64,000 nt of DNA from an uncultured Actinomycetota bacterium. Lineage in GTDB: Bacteria > Actinomycetota > Thermoleophilia > Solirubrobacterales > Solirubrobacteraceae. The stretch is from assembly GCA_963758035.1 (NCBI GenBank), contig CAVWTW010000008.1, positions 34,917-98,916 on the forward strand, written 5' to 3'. The translations under genes were made by a program, and so were the position numbers. Below, in pieces: positions 9,168 through 20,227 of this stretch (position 1 is its first letter; every line of letters begins with the position of its first letter). Below the pieces are notes generated by a model that was not told the origin of the DNA, searched no databases, and saw only the letters and a program-made list of their open reading frames with translations.

Positions 9168-9623
9168 GTGACCCCGGAGGGATGGACGGACGTCGCCGCG
9201 ACTCTGCGCGCGGCCGACATGCGCGTCACCGCGCCCCGCGTGGCGGTGCTCTCCGAGCTCCGGACCGGTCAGCACCTCACCGCCGATCAGGTCGCAGCGG
9301 GCGTCCGCAACCGCGTCGGGCCGATCTCGACCCAGGCGGTCTACGACGTGTTGGCCGCCCTGACCCGAGCGGCGCTGCTGCGCCGGATCGAGCCCGCCGG
9401 AAGCGCGACGCGTTACGAGACGCGTGTCGGGGATAACCATCACCACGTGGTCTGCCGCGGCTGCGGCGCGATCGCGGACGTCGACTGCGCGGTCGGCGAG
9501 CCGCCGTGCCTGACGCCGCCGGACGCGAGCGGCTTCGTCGTCGACGAGGCCGAGATCACGTTCTGGGGCATGTGCCCGGCCTGCCAGGCAGTCGCATCCG
9601 AACCCGAGACGAAGGAGAGCTAG
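9168..9623 (+). CDS. furA: Fur-family peroxide-responsive regulator (FurA/CatR-like)
   Basis: LRVTAPRVAVL HTH region, HHHVVCRGCG and a C-terminal CPACQ metal sites. It sits immediately upstream of catalase, with its stop abutting the catalase ATG. Confidence 0.9.
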   Translation: MTPEGWTDVAATLRAADMRVTAPRVAVLSELRTGQHLTADQVAAGVRNRVGPISTQAVYDVLAALTRAALLRRIEPAGSATRYETRVGDNHHHVVCRGCGAIADVDCAVGEPPCLTPPDASGFVVDEAEITFWGMCPACQAVASEPETKES

Positions 9624-11087
9624 ATGAGCGAGAAGCGGCCACATACCACCACCGACGGAGGTAGCCCCGTCGCCAGCGACGAGTTCTCGCTGACCGTCGG
9701 TCCCGACGGCCCGATCCTGCTCCAGGACCAGTACCTGATCGAGCAGATGGCCAACTTCAACCGTGAGCGGATCCCCGAGCGCCAGCCCCACGCCAAGGGC
9801 GCAGGCGCCTTCGGCGTCTTCGAGACGACCGAGGACGTGAGCCGGTACACCCGCGCGGCGCTGTTCCAGCCCGGTGTCAGGACCGAGATGCTCGCCCGCT
9901 TCTCCACGGTTGCCGGCGAGAGCGGCAGCCCCGACACCTGGCGCGACCCCCGCGGCTTCGCCCTGAAGTTCTATACGCCTGAGGGCAACTACGACATGGT
10001 CGGCAACAACACGCCGGTCTTCTTCCTCCGCGATCCGATGAAGTTCCAGCACTTCATCCGCAGCCAAAAGCGCCGCGCCGACAACGGCCTGCGCGACCAC
10101 GACATGCAGTGGGACTTCTGGACGCTGTCACCGGAGTCCGCCCACCAGGTCACGTGGCTGATGGGCGACCGCGGCATCCCCAAGACGTGGCGCCACATGA
10201 ACGGCTACTCCAGCCACACCTACATGTGGGTCAGCGCCGGCGGCGACAAGTTCTGGGTCAAGTACCACTTCAAGACCGACCAGGGCATCGACTTCCTCAC
10301 TCAGGAGGACGCCGACCGGATCGCCGGCGAGAACGGGGACTACCACCGCCAGGACCTGTTCGAGGCCATTCGCGACGGCGACTTCCCCACGTGGACGCTG
10401 CACATGCAGATCATGCCCTTCGAGGAGGCCAGGACCTACCGGTTCAACCCCTTCGATCTCACCAAGGTATGGCCGCACGAGGACTACCCGCTGATCAAGG
10501 TCGGGACGATGACGCTCAACCGGAACGTCACCGATTTCCACACCGAGATGGAGCAGGCCTCATTCGAGCCCAACAATCTGGTGCCGGGCATCGGCCTGAG
10601 CCCGGACAAGATGCTGCTGGCGCGCGGGTTCTCCTACGCCGACGCCCACCGGGCCCGGCTCGGCGTCAACTACAAGCAGATCCCGGTCAATCAGGCCAAG
10701 GAGGCCGAGGTCCACAGCTACAGCAAGGACGGCGTGGGGCGGATGGTCAATGTCAGCGATCCCGTCTATGCGCCCAACTCCTACGGCGGCCCCGCGGCCG
10801 ACCCGTCGCGAACCGACGACGCGGGCCTGTGGACGGCCGACGGCGACATGGTCCGCTCGGCCTACACGCCCCGGGCTGACGACGACGACTTCGGTCAGGC
10901 CGGCACCATGGTCCGCGAGGTCCTCGACGACGAGGCGCGTGAGCGGCTGGTGGCAAACGTTGCCGGCCACCTGTCCGACGGCGTGTCAGACGCGGTGCTC
11001 GCGCGTGCCTTCGAGTACTGGAAGAGCATCGACGCGGATCTCGGCGCGAGGATCGAGCAGGCCGTCGGCGCCGGCGTCGGCGCCTGA
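9624..11087 (+). CDS. katA: monofunctional heme catalase (small-subunit type)
   Basis: Catalase hallmarks: [20 protein letters not shown] (distal His), [32 protein letters not shown] and [14 protein letters not shown] (proximal Tyr region). Confidence 0.97.
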   Translation: MSEKRPHTTTDGGSPVASDEFSLTVGPDGPILLQDQYLIEQMANFNRERIPERQPHAKGAGAFGVFETTEDVSRYTRAALFQPGVRTEMLARFSTVAGESGSPDTWRDPRGFALKFYTPEGNYDMVGNNTPVFFLRDPMKFQHFIRSQKRRADNGLRDHDMQWDFWTLSPESAHQVTWLMGDRGIPKTWRHMNGYSSHTYMWVSAGGDKFWVKYHFKTDQGIDFLTQEDADRIAGENGDYHRQDLFEAIRDGDFPTWTLHMQIMPFEEARTYRFNPFDLTKVWPHEDYPLIKVGTMTLNRNVTDFHTEMEQASFEPNNLVPGIGLSPDKMLLARGFSYADAHRARLGVNYKQIPVNQAKEAEVHSYSKDGVGRMVNVSDPVYAPNSYGGPAADPSRTDDAGLWTADGDMVRSAYTPRADDDDFGQAGTMVREVLDDEARERLVANVAGHLSDGVSDAVLARAFEYWKSIDADLGARIEQAVGAGVGA

Positions 11088-11104
11088 CCCACCCGGCTCC
11101 AGGC

Positions 11105-11131
11105 GGGGCGCGCCTCCACACGGCGCGTCCC
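11105..11131. terminator. GC hairpin between convergent genes (candidate bidirectional terminator)
   Basis: GGGGCGCGCC-TCCACAC-GGCGCGTCCC, a 10-bp stem with one G-U pair. No clear U tract on either side. Confidence 0.35.
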
Positions 11132-11151
11132 GTCTCTAGTGCCCTGAAGCG

Positions 11152-11667
11152 CTAGTCGTCCCCGTCGAGCGGGCCCTCGATCACGTCGGCGGGCTGCAGC
11201 CGCTCGACGGCCTGGGTGAGGCGCTCGAGCACCTCAAAGATCTCGTCACGGTCGGCCTTATGCTCGACGGCCAGGCGCACCGCCGCGATCTCGCGGGCCA
11301 GGTACTCGGTCTCAGCCAGCGCGCGCGAATTGGTGTCGCGGTCACGTTCCACCTCGGCCTTGTCGCGGTCGGCCTGGCGGTTCTGGGCCAGCAGGATCAG
11401 CGGCGCGGCGTAGGCGGCCTGGGTGGAGAACGCGAGGTTCAGCAGGATGAAGGGGTACGGGTCAAAGGCCTTGCCCTTGCCGTAGTTGACCGCCACGAAG
11501 GCGTTGTACGCGATCCAGACGATGACGATCGCCGTCTGCACGATGAGGTAGCGGGGCGTGCCGAAGAACCGCGCCAGCCGCTCGGCGACCGCCCCGAACT
11601 GGTCGGGGTCGTAGACGGGCCCGCCCGCCGTGCCCTTCGGCCGCGAGAGATCGTCCTGGCGGGCCAT
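11152..11667 (-). CDS. DUF1003 membrane protein
   Basis: I start at the MARQDDL ATG (11667), which overlaps the upstream stop as ATGA. Two TM helices and the DUF1003-like block PFILLNLAFSTQAAYAAPLILLAQNRQ, then a coiled-coil tail. The longer track ORF adds an Arg/Gly-rich shadow extension. Confidence 0.8.
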   Translation of the reverse strand: MARQDDLSRPKGTAGGPVYDPDQFGAVAERLARFFGTPRYLIVQTAIVIVWIAYNAFVAVNYGKGKAFDPYPFILLNLAFSTQAAYAAPLILLAQNRQADRDKAEVERDRDTNSRALAETEYLAREIAAVRLAVEHKADRDEIFEVLERLTQAVERLQPADVIEGPLDGDD

Positions 11668-12878
11668 CAGCTCGCCTCCGAGAGCGTGACCCGCCAGTCG
11701 GCGGGAAGCAGTCGGTCCAGGACGTCGTCCACCGTCACCGCGCCGACCAGCCGGTGGGAGTCGTCGATGACCGCCAGCGTCACGACGTCGTAGGCGGCGA
11801 GCTGGACGGCCACCTCGCTCTGGCTCACGCCCTCGTGGACCGGCTCGGCGTCCTCGTCGATGCACCGGCCCAGGGGCTTTGACGGGGCTTCACGTAGCAG
11901 GCGCTGAATCCCGACGTTGCCGATGTAGCGACCGGTCGGCGTCTCCAGCGGCGGGCGGCAGACGAACACGGCAGCCGCCAGCGGCACCGGCAGGTTGGGG
12001 TCGCGCACGCGCGCGAGCGCCTCGGCCACCGTCGTGTCAGGGCTCAGGATGACCGGCTCGGGCGTCATCAGCCCGCCCGCGGTGTCCGGTTGGTAGGTGA
12101 GCAGCCGGCGCACCGGCTCGGCCTCTTCGGGATCCATGGCGTGCAGCAGCTCGGCCTGCCGGCCGGCCGGGAACTCGGCGAGCAGGTCGGCGGCGTCATC
12201 GGCGTCCATCTCGTCGAGCACGCGGGCCAGGCGATCGATGCCCAGACCCTCGATGAGGCGGACCTGCTCGTCCTCGGACATCTCCTCCAGCAGGTCGGCG
12301 AAGCGATCGTCCTCGAGCTCGGCGGCCAGGACGCGCCGGCGGCTGAGCGGCAGGCGCCGGATCGCCGCCGCCATCTCCGCCGGGTGCAGGCCGCCCAACT
12401 CGGCGGCCTGGCGGTCGACCGGCCGCTCGGAGGCGAACAGCTCGCCCGCCTCGGACCAGTCGATGATGTCCGGCGCCCGCCGCAGGCCGGGCACGCGGCG
12501 GCCCGCCAGGGCGACGGTGGCCACCTCCCAGCCGTCGTGATCGGGAGCCTCGACCAGGCCCACATCGACCACGCGTGCGCCCTTGAACCGCTTGCCCAGG
12601 AGCTCGGCGGACAGGAGGCGTTCACCCTCGCGCAGCGCGAACTGGCGCATATTCACGGATCCGCGGCGCAATCGGGCCCCGTCGGAGCCGATCTCACCCA
12701 CCCGGCCGATGCCGACGAACACGCGGCGCCGCTGGACGGCGACCACGAAGCCGTTGACCCGAGGCGGCTTGGAGCCCAGGTCGACGACCGCGTCGGCGAC
12801 GCGGCCGACCTCCGCGCCGTCGGCTCCCAGGAGCGGCAAGCGCGTCAGTCGCGTCAGGTAGATGATGCGCCGTTCCAT
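11667..12878 (-). CDS. soluble MgtE-N-domain / CBS-pair protein with N-terminal PRC-barrel-like region (no channel domain)
   Basis: An acidic helical MgtE intracellular N-domain (LHPAEMAAAIRRL...DLLEEMSEDEQ...DADDAADLLAEF) is followed by two CBS motifs (GGLMTPEPVIL..., LAVIDDSHRLVGAVTVDDVLD). No TM segments. Confidence 0.8.
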   Translation of the reverse strand: MERRIIYLTRLTRLPLLGADGAEVGRVADAVVDLGSKPPRVNGFVVAVQRRRVFVGIGRVGEIGSDGARLRRGSVNMRQFALREGERLLSAELLGKRFKGARVVDVGLVEAPDHDGWEVATVALAGRRVPGLRRAPDIIDWSEAGELFASERPVDRQAAELGGLHPAEMAAAIRRLPLSRRRVLAAELEDDRFADLLEEMSEDEQVRLIEGLGIDRLARVLDEMDADDAADLLAEFPAGRQAELLHAMDPEEAEPVRRLLTYQPDTAGGLMTPEPVILSPDTTVAEALARVRDPNLPVPLAAAVFVCRPPLETPTGRYIGNVGIQRLLREAPSKPLGRCIDEDAEPVHEGVSQSEVAVQLAAYDVVTLAVIDDSHRLVGAVTVDDVLDRLLPADWRVTLSEAS

Positions 12879-12917
12879 TGGTTGGTGATCGTACCCCGCG
12901 GGTTCGGGCTCATCCCG

Positions 12918-13376
12918 TCATTGCAGGGGGATGTCGACGCCTCGCTGGTCCTCGGGACGCGGCCCGAAGATCCGCCGCTCGGACTCGGAGATGGCCAAGT
13001 CGTTGATGCTGGCCTCGCGCCGGCGCATCAGACCGTGCTCGTCGAACTCCCACAGTTCGTTGCCGTAGCTGCGCCACCACTGGCCGCCGGCGTCATGGCT
13101 CTCGTACTGGAAGCGCACGGCGATCCGGTCACCGTTGAACGTCCACAGGCTCTTGCGCAGGGCGTAGTCCAGCTCGCGCTCCCATTTCTGGCTCAGGAAC
13201 GCGACGATCGCCTCGCGGCCGGCGACGAACTGGTCGCGGTTGCGCCACACCGAGTCCTCGGTGTAGGCCCCGGCCACTCGCTCCGGGTCACGGGTGTTCC
13301 AGGCGTCCTCGGCGGCCTGGACCTTCTGGGCCGCCGTTTCGGCGGTGAACGGGGGCAGTGGGGGTCGGTCGGCCAT
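12918..13376 (-). CDS. DUF1348 (NTF2-like fold) protein
   Basis: The 152-aa sequence [27 protein letters not shown]...[23 protein letters not shown] matches my recollection of the DUF1348 family. Confidence 0.75.
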   Translation of the reverse strand: MADRPPLPPFTAETAAQKVQAAEDAWNTRDPERVAGAYTEDSVWRNRDQFVAGREAIVAFLSQKWERELDYALRKSLWTFNGDRIAVRFQYESHDAGGQWWRSYGNELWEFDEHGLMRRREASINDLAISESERRIFGPRPEDQRGVDIPLQ

Positions 13377-13414
13377 GTGGGTTCCCTTCTTCTGTGGGTA
13401 GGGTGAATCGTGCC

Positions 13415-15634
<2,220 letters not shown>

Positions 15635-15649
15635 GGCGGCCGCACGCCC

Positions 15650-17674
15650 GTGACCCCGCCGCCGCGTCCCTTGGAGCGGATCCGCACCACCCTGCCCCTG
15701 CCCGCGACCGAGCTGATCGGCCGCGACGACGAGCTGGCGGTCCTCATGGACCTGATCGCCGGCGCCCGCCTGGTCACGCTGTCGGGCCCCGGGGGCTCGG
15801 GCAAGACGCGGCTGGCGCTCGAGCTGGCGCGGCGCGTGGCCGGAAACGTCGACGCCGTGTGGTGGGTGGGCCTGGCCCACGTCCTCGACCCCAACGAGGT
15901 GATGAGCGCCGTGTCGCGCGCGATGGGGCTCCCCGAGCTTGTGGGCGTCGAGGCCGCCGAGCGGGTCCTCGATCACCTGCGCGCCCGCAGCGCGCTCGTC
16001 GTGCTCGACAACCTGGAGCACGTGCTCGAGGTGGCGCCACTGATCGGCCAGGTGGCGCGCGTCGCCCCGGAGGTGAGGGTGCTCGTCACCAGCCGGCTCC
16101 CGCTGCGGATCGCCGGCGAGAACGTGCTGTCCCTCGACCCCCTCCCGGTGCCGACCGGCTCCGAGCGCGATCTCGCGGCGCTGCGTGCCGTGCCGTCGGT
16201 GGCGCTGCTCGCCGAGCGCGCGGCCGCGGCCGGCACCGGCTGGGAGCCGGCGCAGTCTGACCAGTTCGACCTCGCCCGGCTGTGCCGGCAGCTCGACGGC
16301 CTGCCGCTCGCGCTCGAGCTCGCGGCGCCACGCCTGGGCGCCCTCGACCCGGACGCGCTGTCGCAGCGGCTGGAACAGAGCCTCGGTGCTCGGGACGGCG
16401 GCTCGGACCTGCCCGCTCGGGAGCGTGGGCTGCACGCCATGTTGGAGTGCTCGGCGGAGCTGCTCTCGGAGACCGAGCGATCGCTGCTGCTGGGGCTGGC
16501 GATGTTCTCAGCGGGATTCACGGAGTCGCTGGCACAGGCGGCGTTCGGCGGCACCGACGACGAGCTGCGGGCGCTGCTGCGGGCCGGGCTGGTCGTGCGC
16601 GGCGCGAGCGGGCGCTTGGAGATTCTGGGGCCGGTGCGGCGGTTTGCCGCGGACCTGCTGGACGCTGAGGCCGAGGACGCCGCGCACGCCGCCGTGACCG
16701 ACGCGCTCATCGCCGTGGCCGAGCCGTTCGAGAAGCGGTGGGTCGCGTCCTGGGGCGAGGGCCGGCCGCTCCTTGACGCCGAGAACGGCAACGTGCTCGC
16801 CGAGCTCGACTGGGCCCAGCTCATGGACTACGGGCGACACATCCGGCTTGCGGCCGCGACCGGATGGTGGATGAGCCACTCAGGCGCCGGCGAGGTCAGT
16901 CGGGACCACCTGGAGATCGCACTGGCGCGCTGCACCGACGCGGTCCTGCGTGCGCGCTGCCTGCAGGCGCTCGGGACCCTGGGCGTCATCGACTCAGACC
17001 CGACGGCTTCCCTGGACGCCGCCGACGCCTGGCATGACCTGGACGACGTCGAGGGGGAGTTCTATTGCGCCATCGACGCCGCGCGCCTCTACGGCCACGC
17101 CCGCGAGGGGGAGGCGCAGATCGAGGTGGTGGAGCGGTGCGTCGAGCTGGCCGCGCGACTGCCCGACGATCCCGACGCCGGGTGGATCATCGCCGTCGTC
17201 GAGGCCCAGGCGGCGGCGCTGCTCGGCCATCCGGAGGCGGGGATGGACGCGCTGCAGTCGCTGCTGGCCGACGCCCCCGACGGATCCTGGAAGCAGTTCG
17301 CGCTCGCCGCCCGTCTCGCCGCCCTCGAGCTCGCCCTGCACCGCCCCCGGGACACGCTGGCCCATGGCGGTACGGCCCTCGCGGTCGCCGCCGGGCTCGG
17401 CACGCCCATCGACGTGCTCGGCCAGGCCACGACGATCGCGGCGGCTCTGCTGCAGTCCGACCGGGTGTCGGACGCGGCGACCGCCTGGGCCATATGTGAG
17501 CTCAGCTTCGACGAGCTCTCGTGGTCGCCCGACGGCGAGGTTCGCGACCTCTATGACGCGGTGCGGGCCAGCCTCGACGAGAAGGCCCTGGGGCCCGCGC
17601 GCCGGGAGGCCGGGCAGTGGGGGATGGAGCGCGGGCTGACCTGGGTGGGTCAGGTGGCCCGGGGCGAGGACTAG
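15650..17674 (+). CDS. STAND/NB-ARC-type P-loop NTPase with C-terminal helical-repeat region; no recognisable effector or DNA-binding domain
   Basis: ELIGRDDELAVLMDLI...LVTLSGPGGSGKTRLA (Walker A) and LVVLDNLEHV (Walker B), as in AfsR/LuxR-type ATPase modules. The Ala/Leu-rich C-terminal half looks TPR-like. GTG start 15 nt after icd. Confidence 0.7.
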   Translation: MTPPPRPLERIRTTLPLPATELIGRDDELAVLMDLIAGARLVTLSGPGGSGKTRLALELARRVAGNVDAVWWVGLAHVLDPNEVMSAVSRAMGLPELVGVEAAERVLDHLRARSALVVLDNLEHVLEVAPLIGQVARVAPEVRVLVTSRLPLRIAGENVLSLDPLPVPTGSERDLAALRAVPSVALLAERAAAAGTGWEPAQSDQFDLARLCRQLDGLPLALELAAPRLGALDPDALSQRLEQSLGARDGGSDLPARERGLHAMLECSAELLSETERSLLLGLAMFSAGFTESLAQAAFGGTDDELRALLRAGLVVRGASGRLEILGPVRRFAADLLDAEAEDAAHAAVTDALIAVAEPFEKRWVASWGEGRPLLDAENGNVLAELDWAQLMDYGRHIRLAAATGWWMSHSGAGEVSRDHLEIALARCTDAVLRARCLQALGTLGVIDSDPTASLDAADAWHDLDDVEGEFYCAIDAARLYGHAREGEAQIEVVERCVELAARLPDDPDAGWIIAVVEAQAAALLGHPEAGMDALQSLLADAPDGSWKQFALAARLAALELALHRPRDTLAHGGTALAVAAGLGTPIDVLGQATTIAAALLQSDRVSDAATAWAICELSFDELSWSPDGEVRDLYDAVRASLDEKALGPARREAGQWGMERGLTWVGQVARGED

Positions 17675-17700
17675 AGCCACACACACGGGCCCACGCAAGG

Positions 17701-17737
17701 AAGGAGGAGCCCCGCGCCCCCGGGACCCCTCCTTTTA
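17701..17737 (+). terminator. intrinsic-terminator-like hairpin after the STAND gene
   Basis: AAGGAGG...CCTCCTT stem with an inner CCC/GGG stem, followed by TTTTA. Confidence 0.45.
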
Positions 17738-17960
17738 CTGTCCAGGCCAGCGGACCGGCTGCCGCTGCCGACCCTTGGGAGAGCCGACCTAGATTGGTGG
17801 CTTGGCGCCTATGTCTCGCCCCCTCGGAATGTTCTGCCTGCCCGGCCGGTGCTGCGTGGATCCGAGTGTGACGCCCCGCAGTCTCCCCCATCCGGGCGTG
17901 CGCGAAAACGTACATGGACCCAGCCGCGGTGCGTCCTTTGACACACACGCCGCAACGTCG

Positions 17961-18407
17961 CTATCGCGATGGGGCGCCGGCGCCGAAGTCCCCTGCGCCC
18001 GCGCGGGCCTCGCGGAGGATCTCCGTCACCGCCGTCAGTGCCTCGTCGTCCAGCGGCTCGGTGCCGAACCGGATGTCGTGCAGCGCCTCGGTGGCATCCT
18101 GCGCCACCGCCCGCCCGGCAGGGGTGATGGAGGCCAGTGTCGTACGCCCGTCTGAGGGGTGCGGGGTCCGCTGCACATACCCGGCGCGCTCCAGCCCGTC
18201 GACGAGGTTGGTGACACTCGCGGGGTGGACCTGGAGGCGCGCTCCCATCTTGCCCAGCGGCAGGGAGCCCGCCCGGCTGAAGTGCAGGAGCATGAGCGCC
18301 TCGTAGCGCGCGAAGGTCAGGCCGAACGGCTCCAGTGCCTCGTTGAGGCGACCCAGCAGGATCTGGTGGGCGCGCATGACCGAGGTCACCGCCATCATCG
18401 CCGCCAC
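17961..18407 (-). CDS. MarR-family transcriptional regulator
   Basis: FGLTFARYEALMLL...LPLGKMGARLQVHPASVTNLVDGLERAGYVQR is a typical MarR winged helix. Confidence 0.9.
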   Translation of the reverse strand: MAAMMAVTSVMRAHQILLGRLNEALEPFGLTFARYEALMLLHFSRAGSLPLGKMGARLQVHPASVTNLVDGLERAGYVQRTPHPSDGRTTLASITPAGRAVAQDATEALHDIRFGTEPLDDEALTAVTEILREARAGAGDFGAGAPSR

Positions 18408-18479
18408 CGGCGAGGCCGGCCAGTGGGCTCGCCACTGGCGCCCGGCCTCGTCGATGGGGTCAAAGCGCAGGCTCAGCGC

Positions 18480-18746
18480 TTACACCTGGAGCGCCTCGGG
18501 CGCCGAGGCCAGCGCCGCCTCGATCGCGCTGACCAGCTCGCGCGCCGACGCCGCGGTGAGCTCCACCGCCACTCGGGCTCCCGGGCCCTTGGCCGGGTCG
18601 GTGAAATCGATGTTGAGCGTGTGCTCGGCCATCGCGTGCACCGGATGGTCGAAGTACACCGTCCCGTCAGTGACTCCGAACCACTTGCTGTTTGGTCCCT
18701 TGGCGCTGCCGACGAGCTCGGTCTTCACGGTCGCGTAGGTGCACAT
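18480..18746 (-). CDS. small conserved actinobacterial protein (DUF6295-like), function unknown
   Basis: 88 aa, MCTYATVKTELVGSAKGP...VYFDHPVHAMAEHTLNIDF. It starts 2 nt after the dienelactone hydrolase stop. The family name is from memory only. Confidence 0.55.
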   Translation of the reverse strand: MCTYATVKTELVGSAKGPNSKWFGVTDGTVYFDHPVHAMAEHTLNIDFTDPAKGPGARVAVELTAASARELVSAIEAALASAPEALQV

Positions 18747-18748
18747 GC

Positions 18749-19492
18749 TCAGCCTCCGAGGTACGTGGTGTAGAAGGTCTCGATCTGCTCCCAGCCGTCG
18801 TTGGCCGCCTCGACCCGGTAGGCCGGCCGGTCCACGGAGAAGAACGCGTGGCCGGCGTTGTCATAGCGATGGAACTCGTGGGGCTTGTTCTCACGAGTGA
18901 GAATCTCGTCGAGCTCGTCGACCTGCTCGGGGCTGGGATACTGGTCGTCGTTGCCGAACAGCCCGAGCAGGGGGCAACGCAGGTTGGGCAACTGGTCCAC
19001 CAGGTTGGTCACCTGGAGCGGGAAGCCCTCGGGCGGCGTGCCGACGACGAACGCGCCGTAGCAGTCGACGGCGGCGTCGAGCGGCAGGTTGCACGCGGCC
19101 AGCACCGATTGCCGTCCGCCCGAGCAGTAGCCGATCACGCCCACCTTCCCGTTGGAGGTCGGCAACGCGCGCAATGCCTCGGCGCTGCCCCCGACGTCGC
19201 CGACCAGGCGGGGATCGGGAACCCCGCCGTTGGCGCGCGCGGCGGCCGCGGCGTCGTCGGGCGCCGCGCCGGGAGCCTCGCGCCAGTAGAGGTTGGGGCA
19301 GATGGCGTCATAGCCCAGCTCCGCGAAACGCCGGACGATCTCCTTCGTCGCCCGGTCATAGCCCGGCATGTGGTGGATGACGACCACGCCGCCTCGGGCT
19401 CCGTCGCCGGCGGGACGGGCGATATACGCCTCGACCTCGTGGCCGTCGTGCCCGGTGATCCGGATCGTGTCTGCAGTCAGTGATTCGCTCAT
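18749..19492 (-). CDS. dienelactone hydrolase family protein
   Basis: GGVVVIHHMPGYD and the nucleophile region GVIGYCSGG, plus a C-terminal His region (YDNAGHAFF). Confidence 0.88.
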   Translation of the reverse strand: MSESLTADTIRITGHDGHEVEAYIARPAGDGARGGVVVIHHMPGYDRATKEIVRRFAELGYDAICPNLYWREAPGAAPDDAAAAARANGGVPDPRLVGDVGGSAEALRALPTSNGKVGVIGYCSGGRQSVLAACNLPLDAAVDCYGAFVVGTPPEGFPLQVTNLVDQLPNLRCPLLGLFGNDDQYPSPEQVDELDEILTRENKPHEFHRYDNAGHAFFSVDRPAYRVEAANDGWEQIETFYTTYLGG

Positions 19493-19531
19493 GGGCGCGA
19501 TTCTTTCACGGGCGCGGGGAACGCCGCCGCT

Positions 19532-20176
19532 CTACTGCGCCCGTCGCGCGCCGCGCGGGCTGGCGCCGCCGCAGGTCCGCGCCAAGCGCCGGCCCGGCCC
19601 GGCGATGCGGGGGGTCTCGGGAGCCACGGGCACCCGGACGAGACGGCCGCGGACGGACAACCGGCTCCATGGGCGGGTGATCTGGCCCCGGTTCCATTTC
19701 ATGCCCAGGCCGCTGTGCATCACGAACGTCTCGGCCTCGAGCTCGTACTCGCCGTCAACCGCGGCCACCGTCGCGTCGATCTCCACCGCGATCCGCGACC
19801 CGCGGGCCGTCAGGTCCCCCACCACCGACAGCCGCTCACCCTCGAGGCGCGCCGTTCGCGAGGTGAACCGGATGTACGGGTCGCGGCGCACCGCGAAGAA
19901 GTCCTCAGAGCGCAGATGCCCGTCACGGCGTGCGTTGCCGGTGTCGACGCTGGTGGCGTCGATGGTGAGCTCGATGGCCGGCCGCGCGCCCAGCTCCAGC
20001 CGTCCGGCGTACCGTCGAAACCGCCCCTTGACGGTGCCCAGTCCCCACCAGAACGGGACGCCGAAGGAAACGGTGGATCTCTCCGGGTCCAGCTGCCAGG
20101 CGCCGCGAGCGAGTGCGGGTTCGGCGCCGTTCGGGAAGACCGCCGGCGGCCACACCCACTGTCTCCCGGCACTCAC
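19532..20176 (-). CDS. YceI-family protein
   Basis: WQLDPERSTVSFGV...GTVKGRF...IDATSVDTGNARRDGHLRSEDFF are the YceI-like domain motifs. Confidence 0.85.
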   Translation of the reverse strand: MSAGRQWVWPPAVFPNGAEPALARGAWQLDPERSTVSFGVPFWWGLGTVKGRFRRYAGRLELGARPAIELTIDATSVDTGNARRDGHLRSEDFFAVRRDPYIRFTSRTARLEGERLSVVGDLTARGSRIAVEIDATVAAVDGEYELEAETFVMHSGLGMKWNRGQITRPWSRLSVRGRLVRVPVAPETPRIAGPGRRLARTCGGASPRGARRAQ

Positions 20177-20227
20177 AGAACGGAATATAAACCGCCGGTG
20201 AGCCCGGCTCCCGGGGCCGCGGGCTCG

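Noticed and set aside
17675-17960. 286-bp convergent spacer between the STAND gene and the MarR gene, examined for an sRNA, SRP RNA, tmRNA, RNase P RNA or a small ORF.
   Set aside because: I recognised no conserved RNA motifs, no credible SD-preceded small ORF and only one terminator-like hairpin. The length alone is not evidence.
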